NCBI RefSeq assembly: GCF_006345805.1
Contig: NC_043017.1
Location: 3,906,001-3,970,000 of the forward strand
Reading direction: 5' to 3'
Source: Octopus sinensis
Lineage: Eukaryota
DNA length: 64,000 nt
The notes under the pieces were generated by a model. The model did not search any database. It saw only the letters and a program-made list of their open reading frames with translations, and had not been told where the DNA came from. Position 1 is the first letter of the stretch. The number at the start of each line of letters is the position of its first letter. The translations under genes were made by a program, and so were the position numbers. Positions 51,445 to 64,000 of this stretch are shown here, piece by piece.

Positions 51445-51540
51445 TCCAGAAACTTAAATCTTTAAAGCCTTTGAAACATATGTAGAATAATAAAAAGGAA
51501 TTTTGTAAAAATCTTCGTTCAGCTCCATTTCTTCCCTCAC

Positions 51541-51580
<40 letters not shown>

Positions 51581-51720
51581 TATATATATATATATAATAT
51601 ATATATATTATATATATATATTATATATAATGTATTTGTATATATATATATACGTGTGTGTGGATACATATATCTGTGTGTGTGTGTGATTGCTAAAATA
51701 TATTTAGATATGTGTGCGTG

Positions 51721-55702
<3,982 letters not shown>

Positions 55703-55741
55703 CAGGATATTTATAAAGAGAAAGTTTATAAAGGGAATTTA

Positions 55742-55790
55742 GTCTTACAGCTATTTCTGGGATATTAGGGATATCCTTTCATCAGATACG
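55742..55790 (-). ncRNA. Minimal type I hammerhead-like motif (Penelope terminal-repeat type)
   Basis: CUGAUGA-aaGGAUAUcccuaAUAUCCca-GAAAU-AGCU-GUA-AGAC, with palindromic loop III; decayed relative at 36725-36768 (+). Confidence 0.55.
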
Positions 55791-56149
55791 ATGTGAGATG
55801 TGGAGGGCTGAAAAGTTCCTTCCTTTGGGCAAAAGAAAATTGAGGAGGATGAGTTAATTATGCTTATATTCATATTCCCCTCTCAGATTCACACTCTTAT
55901 CGTAGTGGTCCCTCAGTTTCACTAAAATCTGACCAGCTCCTTTCACGATACCATTAAAATCAGGAACTTTTCGGTAGCCCTCGCATTTATGCTGAACATC
56001 CGTTGACGTTGCCAAACACCTCTCTAATCCCCAAGCAAGCTTGTTACTGCAATCAATTCAATCGCCAACACGTCGACTATGCATCAGCATGTATTGGGTA
56101 ACATGTTACAAGTAATTCCCAAGGATAACCTAACATAATATACATACTG

Positions 56150-56372
56150 GACGAGCTGGCAGAATCGTTAGCACGCCGGGCGAAATGCTTTGCGGTATTT
56201 CGTCCGCCGCTGCGTTCTGAGTTCAAATTCCGCCGAGGTCGACTTTGCCTTTCATCCTTTCGGGGTCGATAAATTAAGTACCAGTTACACACTGGGGTCG
56301 TTGTAATCGACTTAATTCGTTTGTCTGTCTTTGTTTGTCCCCTCTATGTTTAGCCCCTTGTGGGTAATAAGA
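56150..56372 (+). mobile_element. SINE family 3 monomer
   Basis: Family match. Confidence 0.8.
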
Positions 56373-56574
56373 AAACAAATATACATATTGGGCGTAGTTC
56401 ATCGTTGAAAAGCCCTGCACCACCTATTATTAGAAATGTGTGTTATTAATTGTGATTAGGTAGAGTAGCCTGTTTAGTCACGGCTGGCGCAACCATTCAT
56501 AGTGTTGTATGCAATAAATAGACTTCCTAATTCGTAAAAAAATCTGCTTCTATTATCGTAAATAGTGTTAATAC

Positions 56575-56804
56575 ATTCATACATAAATACATACATACAT
56601 ACATACATACATACTACATACATACATACATACATACATACATACATACATACACACGCACACATACATACATACATACATACATACACACATACATACA
56701 CACACACATACATACACACATACATACATACATACATACATACACACACACATACATACACACATACATACATACATACATACACACATACATACATGCA
56801 TACA

Positions 56805-56835
<31 letters not shown>

Positions 56836-57116
56836 CGTACGCACGTACTTACCTACAACATAATTTAATACATACATACATACATACGTCCGCCACGACT
56901 TAACATACATACATACGACATATTACATACATACACACATACATTACATACATACATACATACATACAACACACACAACACATACATATACATACATCAT
57001 ACATACACACAACACACACACACATACATACATACATACATACATACATAATACATACATACACACATACATCAAATACATACATACACATACACATACA
57101 TACTACATACATACAT

Positions 57117-57151
<35 letters not shown>

Positions 57152-57526
57152 TACATACATACTACATACATACATAAATACATACATACATACATACACA
57201 TACATACATACATACATACGTACATACATACATACAACACAACATACATACATGCATACTAATACACATACATACATACATAACCATACATACATACATA
57301 CATACGTACTACATACATACATACATACATACACATACATACATCATACATAACACATACATACATACATACATACACATACATACATACATACATACAT
57401 ACGTACATACATACATACATACATACATACACACATACATACATACATACATACATACACATACATACATACATACATACATACATACATACATACATAC
57501 ATACGTACGCACGTACTTACATACAT

Positions 57527-57559
<33 letters not shown>

Positions 57560-57616
57560 TACATACATACATACATACATACATACATACATACATACAC
57601 ACACACACATATACAT

Positions 57617-57649
<33 letters not shown>

Positions 57650-57736
57650 TACATACATACATACATACATACATACATACATACACACATACATACATAC
57701 ATACATACACATACATACATACATACATACATACAT

Positions 57737-57773
<37 letters not shown>

Positions 57774-57808
57774 TACATACATACATACATACATACGTAC
57801 GCACGTAC

Positions 57809-57839
<31 letters not shown>

Positions 57840-57842
57840 CAT
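56575..57842. repeat. About 1.27-kb (TACA)n/(CA)n microsatellite
   Basis: Direct reading. Confidence 0.95.
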
Positions 57843-57999
57843 GTATTTATCGTTAATATGAGGAAAGAAGAATTCAAATCGTAAACGAACGATATTTTAT
57901 CATTTTTCATATCTCATATATTGTTTTCTAATATATGCAATATACAGAAACGTGTAAGAATATTTTCTTAGATTTCGTTCACTTACTCAGACATAAAAC

Positions 58000-58765
58000 G
58001 TGTACGAGAAACTTTTAGTCAGCATTCAAGAAGCTTTGTGCCGTCAATGGGGACTGAAATTTGAAAATCGGGCAGCTTTCAAATTTTGAATCGCTGTTAC
58101 ATTCTAAGAATCGTCCACGGCCTGAATGAAGATGATCCTGAGGAATGTATAGTGTTCCCCAGTTGCTATTGTGCAAGGTGTGTTTTAAGTGATGATCTTA
58201 AATAGTGAAGTGGTTCAACCAACCGCCACAACCGCACGTACAGAAGACCTGAGAATCCGTCGAATACGTCAAAAATATCATATCAGTTCATCAGGAGCTA
58301 CAGTATAGTACAGTTTATCATCAAAGGGTTTTATTGGATCATCCGTTTTCGAAGGAACTGTGACAATTCCTATTTACTTGAACTTACTGAGACACTATTT
58401 CGTGCCAAGCATTTATCAGAGCTTTGTTGATATAGCGTTTTATTTCCAATTAGATGGGATAGCATTGTTCGTAGAAATGCAAGGCTTACATTGATGGGGT
58501 TCTTCCAAAAAGATGCATTGGATAGAGGACTCACTACGATACCCTCTGCGTTCATTGGACCTCTCAATTCTAGGCATTTTTTGTGGGGATATTTAGGCGA
58601 TAAAATTTATGATAGAAAACGGTCAATATTCGACAATTTGAAAACAGCAAATAACAAGAATTCACGCAAATACCGAAGGAAATGTTTCTCAATGTTTATG
58701 ATTTGATGGCTTCACGCTACCAACAGCGACTTGATCAGAACTGGCAAAATTTTCATGAAAATAAG
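58000..58765 (+). mobile_element. Decayed Tc1/mariner transposase C-terminus
   Basis: PLNSRHFLWGYLGDKIY resembles SPDLTPxDFFLWGYLKxKVY. Confidence 0.5.
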
Positions 58766-59601
58766 TGATATTTTTTTGTGTAGATTCTATTAAAGTTTAT
58801 AAATTGAATTCATTTTATTAAACAATTACTAAATAATCATATAATTCATCAATGTGTGTGTGTTGTGTTTTTATTTTTCTTTGTTTTTACTTGTATTTTT
58901 TATTTATTTTTCTAATTTTTCAAAAATTCTTTTAATTTTTAAAATTTTTTGACTTTCATTTATATTTCATTATTATTGTTGTTTTTACCTTTTATTGTTG
59001 TTTTATTATCTTTTTAATGTTTTTTATTACTTCGTATTATCATTTTATTGTTATTTTATTCATATCATTGTTATTGGTGCTGTTGATGTTGATGTTGATG
59101 TGGTCATCATCGTCATCATTATTGTTTTAGTATCACCTATTATTTCATAAAACTTTTTTTTAACTTTGGTTTGCTTTAGTGCTTAATTTAGAATTTTTTC
59201 ATTTTGATTCAGATTTTAATCTGTAATCTATTTAATGGTTTAAATTTTAAACCTCATATAACGAGATTAATTTCAACAACTCAACTTGACTTTATCTCAT
59301 TTAAACCTCATATAACGAAATAAATTTAATATTTTATATCCTAACTAATCAGAGCTTTCTCGAGTTTTACTCCATTCAACATCTAATATAATTCCCCTTG
59401 CTATTCGTAATAGCACCAATAACCAAATATTAAAAAACTTAGGTTGACCATATGTATAAAAGTCCCATATCAAATTTCAACAAAACATTTGCAGAATATC
59501 TAACCTAAAAACAATGCCAATATGTTCATGTGTTGACCTGACTACAAACAGTAATGTCTGATGACTGTCCTTTTTCCCAAATTTTGGCCATCCTATTCTT
59601 G

Positions 59602-59986
59602 GGAAGCACTCCGTCGGTTACGACGACGAGGGTTCCGGTTGATCCGAATCAACGGAACAGCCTGCTCGTGATATTAACATGTAAGTGGCTGAGCACTCCA
59701 CAGACACGTGTACCCTTAACGTAGTTCTCGGGGATATTCAGCGTGACACAGAGAGTGACAAGGCCGGCCCTTGAAATATAGGTACAACAGAAACAGGAAG
59801 TAAGAGTGAGAGAAAGTTGTGGTGAAAGAGTACAGCAGGGATCACCACCATCCCCTGCCGGAGCCTCGTGGTGCTTCTTAGGTGTTTTCGCTCAATAAAC
59901 ACTCACAACGCCCGGTCTGGGAATCGAAACCGCGATCCTACGACCGCGAGTCCGCTGCCCTAACCACTGGGCCATTGCGCCTACAC
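59602..59986 (-). mobile_element. SINE family 2
   Basis: TSD catcctattct. Confidence 0.88.
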
Positions 59987-60576
59987 CATCCTATTCTACC
60001 TACTTCTATTAAGAGACCTCTTCCTCTATCCGTTCCTTATTTCTCTTCACCCCTTTATAACCTGCCTTCCTCTTTCTCTATTTTTCTCTATTCTACTTGC
60101 ATCTTTCCATCTTTTCCTCTCCCCCCCCCCATGCACTCAGCATTCCTTCAGTGTTCTGCTTTGTTAAAACCAGGAATGTCTCTGGCGAAACTGGCGTAAA
60201 TTGTTTTGGCCGTGCAATTTTTTTCAACTGATCAATGGACCGATTGAGTGGACCTATCAGGAACGTACCTGTAATGACTACTGGAAACAGCTGTAAGACA
60301 CATTTACTCAAATAAAGGGAAAATATGTAATCACCATTATTTATAACTTGTACGATATATCACTCCGTGTAAAAAAAAAAAAACAGGATGTCCAAGAACG
60401 GATTTACAGCATGGAATTGTGATGAAGCATAACTTTGGACACAGCCATAAAAATACTTGGATCTCTTCACTAATCTAAACAATATTGTTAGCTTAGTGAA
60501 CCAACAGAGAACTTATGAAGTCTTTTGCCCGGATTCATAAACTGATAATCCCTCACTATAAGCTATATATATATAT

Positions 60577-60618
<42 letters not shown>

Positions 60619-60622
<4 letters not shown>

Positions 60623-61157
60623 GCATCCTTTTTGTCTCGGGAGACAATGGAGTTGCGCATAAAGTAGTCTAGTCCGGCTTTTACATTTCATGTCCTGATA
60701 CATTTCCTGCTGTGGCTGTGTAGTCCTATCCTGGACAAACACTCCCTCTGGCAGGTACCGCAAATGTAGCGAAGACTGTTCCTGGCTGGTGGTTGTAATG
60801 CCATAGTTTCTTTTTGACGTCTTTTCCTGTCTTTCCATTTCTCCTCTCTCTCTCTGTCACTCCTTTGTATTCCCTCTCTTACGGTACGTCACCAGTCTCC
60901 ACGGTTGCCGGCAACTGCCTCCCAACCGCTAATATTGATGTTCCAGGCCTTCATGTCCCTTTTGCAAAAGTCCTTGTAACGTAAGAGCGGTCTTCCACAG
61001 ACCTAGTACCCCTAGCAAGCTCTCCGTAGAGTATGTCCTTGGGGATTCTGCCATCTTCCATACGGCTAACATGCCCAAGCCATCTCATACGTCTTTGTGT
61101 GAGGAGTGCAAACATGCTTGGTATACCTGCTTGCCTGAGGACATCTTTGTTGGGGAT
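60619..61157 (-). mobile_element. RTE-clade LINE 3' fragment
   Basis: IPNKDVLRQAGIPSMFALLTQRRMRWLGHVSRMEDGRIPKDILYGELARGTRSVGRPLLRYKD. Confidence 0.85.
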
Positions 61158-61436
61158 ATATATATATATATATATAATTAAAAATGAGGGTGTCTAAGAG
61201 ACACCAACATGCCGAAATAGCAGTCGAAACTCTGACTATAAAAACCACGTTAAGTGTTCGCATCGCACCATGAGATAAGACAGAGGGACAAAATATACTG
61301 CTATTTCGGCATGTTGGTGTCTCTTAGACACCCTCATTGTTAATTGTTTAAAATTATTACCTTTGTACGGTATTTTTCCCATGCTGGCCACTTGATAATA
61401 TGGATACTTAAATATCGATATTATCCTCATATATAA

Positions 61437-61467
<31 letters not shown>

Positions 61468-62304
61468 CAAGTGTAAACAACATTAGAATACATTTAAGGT
61501 TTAAAAGGAAGTTATAAGTAACTTAACTTTTCGGATGCTAGTCTTTCATCAGAAAGAGAAAAGAGTGAAGAGAAACACAGAGAGAAAATAGAGGGAGAAA
61601 TTATGGTGGGAAAGAAAAGAATAAAAAAAATTAAGGTGTACCCGAGTACTTCGCCCTTATAAAATATAAAAATGAGAAGGAGACAAATAGAGATTTAAAA
61701 ATCATACGAAAATATGTATATTAATAACACTTTATTGCCCTTTTACCCATACAATTTAGCCAAAAGATCATTGAAATCGAATTACAAAGTACAAGGTTGT
61801 TAATAGAATAAAAAATAATGCTCTCTAATCTGGAAGCAAATTTAATCATATTTTCAAAACATATCGTTGCATATTTTCCTCGATTTTCATATTGCATAAA
61901 TTTTTCGCTTTAATAGTGCGAAATTCCATTAGGTTCAAAATATTTGAAAGCAAAACACACCGCACATCGATATTATAATATCTAATTAACTCGTGGTATA
62001 GAAATCTTTATTAAAATTACGATTACAAATCGTATCAAATTGAAGCGTTTGTTAATATTTGAATAATTGTTTACCAATGTTGTAAAATATATTGTACTGA
62101 AAATTAAATTTACCTTTCTTTCTAAATGTTATTAAATCATATAAAAAGTATTAGAATATTTGAAGTTTCTACAAGCTTACTTTAGAATTAGTATTTTAAC
62201 TGAAATTTTTATTATCATTGGGGTGGGGGACACTTTCTGGAATTTGGTGCTAACTGCAGCAAAGCGGATTTTTTCCTGCTGAGACGTTACGTTCTTCATG
62301 GGCT

Positions 62305-62331
62305 TTATTTGATATCAAGGTTATCGATTTC
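62305..62331 (-). CDS. IF gene C last coding exon
   Basis: cttttcag|EIDNLDIK*; acceptor and 3' UTR align with gene B 31612-31670. Confidence 0.8.
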   Translation of the reverse strand, partial: EIDNLDIK

Positions 62332-63204
62332 CTGAAAAGTGAAAAAGATTGAGAAACCAATAAATAAACAGGGAGATTCATGACCTATTAAGGAGTTAAA
62401 TAGTGTACAAAGGATAGTCACTGTGGCCCATATGACTTGAAGCTGCACACAGTAGGTTCGGTATTTACTCGAAGCCAGACAATTTTGTCACCGCTCTTTG
62501 CGCTAACAAGCTAAGATGAAATATTTCATAAGCTATTTTAACTACACATGATTTCTATCACATGAGAATCAGAATACGTTCTATTTATCGGTTATATGAC
62601 GTTTCATATAAAACTACTATTTTTATTGCGTGCTGAAACAAAAGCATATCATCACTATGTTTAAATGTACGAAAATCATTGATATTGTAAGATATATAAT
62701 CTCTCCCCAAGCCATGTCGACAGAAAGCGTTTATTGGATACGACGCACTAAAGTCATGAAATATTTCCATTAATTGTCAGCATTAAAATTACATTCCAAA
62801 TGTTACTTAGAGCAATGAACTGTATCAGCCTTTTTACATACTACTGACTGCCTCTGAGCTTATAAATATTAAGTTTGTTGCGCAAATGCATATCGAACTG
62901 ATAATAGCATTTACAGATTTGGTTCTGCCTTCTTCTTCATAAATAATTTTGTATGTTTTATATAATAAGGCATATCAAGAAAACATGGATATTATTTGTT
63001 TCTTTATTACCCACAAGGGGCTAAACATAGAAGGGACAAACAAGGACAGACAAACGGATTAAGTCGATTTGCCAGCAAGTAAGGTCAAATGACAATGAAA
63101 GTTAACTTTCGAAGTGCATGAAGTTACAAAGAGAAATGTACTGAAGAGCTAAAGTGGGAAAAGTGGAAGAGAGAATGTGTAGTAAACGATGAGTTAGATC
63201 TTAC

Positions 63205-63318
63205 CTTGCCCATCTCATCTTCCAAAATAATTTTCGATGGGATGGCCTTTGCTTTCCATTCAGCGACAGCGGAAGATGTGATTCCATCTTGCTTAGCACC
63301 GTGCTTTGATCCCCAAAT
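63205..63318 (-). CDS. IF gene C penultimate exon (lamin-tail domain); gene continues off the right edge
   Basis: IWGSKHGAKQDGITSSAVAEWKAKAIPSKIILEDEMGK|gtaaga; 114 nt, close paralog of gene B exon 10. Confidence 0.9.
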
Positions 63319-64000
63319 CTAAAGATGGATAAAAGAATTGAGTATAGTAACTACATCATTAAATAAGAGTAATATGTGTTGTAACTTAGACACAAGGTCA
63401 GAACAATGAACGAAAGGTTTAGTCGATCAAATCGAGTCCAGTTCCTCACTGGTACTTTATTTTATAGACCTGGAACGGTGGTGGTGAATGTTGCCTGCAA
63501 CTGAATTTAAACAAAGGCAACAAAGAGCTGGAAATAAATGCCAATGCGTATTTTTCGGATACCCTAGCGATTCTGCTATGGTAGAATGTCTGAAACTTAT
63601 TGAGGAGTTTCTCTGCCGATGTACGTGACTGGTACTTTCTATAATTTATCGACCCCAGAAAGTCATGAAATATTCCCATTAATTGTCAGTGTTAAAATCA
63701 CATTCCAAACGTTACGTAGAGCAATGAACAGTATCAGCCTTATGCCATAATACTAACTGCCCCTGAAGAGGTGGAACGCATAATACTAGGCATTGGGTTC
63801 ACCACTCAAACAATTTGAATTTTTATTGTACACATAATGATTAGCAACTGTTTTCTTGTCTGTGGTTACTACAGTGGTCAGAGAGATGGCAGCCATTTCG
63901 AATTAAATGGTAATGCACAAATTGGAGATGGGTTTACTGACACAATTGGAAAGTAAATGAAATTTTTACATTAAACCCCCTCCTACTCTTCATTCTTATC

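Overview
AT-rich, microsatellite- and SINE-dense animal genomic DNA; the SINE families point to an octopus or other coleoid cephalopod (inference). The only host genes found are three tandem minus-strand paralogs encoding protostome-type cytoplasmic intermediate filament (IF) proteins with a long coil 1B and a lamin-tail (Ig-like) domain; B lacks a tail NLS and B and C lack a CaaX box. Gene A has exons 1-8 at 101-16730 and its 3' end lies off-window. Gene B has all 11 coding exons at 31612-49353 (about 556 aa), with a 2-nt frameshift in an A-run of exon 1. Gene C contributes only its last two coding exons (62305-63318). Exons were reconstructed by hand from splice sites, intron phases and paralog alignment. 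Highlights: (1) gene A exon 7 has a degraded ancestral donor but carries a 7x30-bp array in which every unit holds an in-phase G|GTGAGT donor, a possible splice-tunable linker; (2) gene A has lost the near-invariant IF helix-termination motif while its introns still align to gene B; (3) several type I hammerhead ribozyme motifs sit in (TA)n-embedded Penelope-like elements, one with an intact core; (4) many intronic inverted repeats could form dsRNA. The rest is SINEs, non-autonomous Helitrons, LINE, Penelope and Tc1/mariner relics, two tandem segmental duplications and simple repeats.
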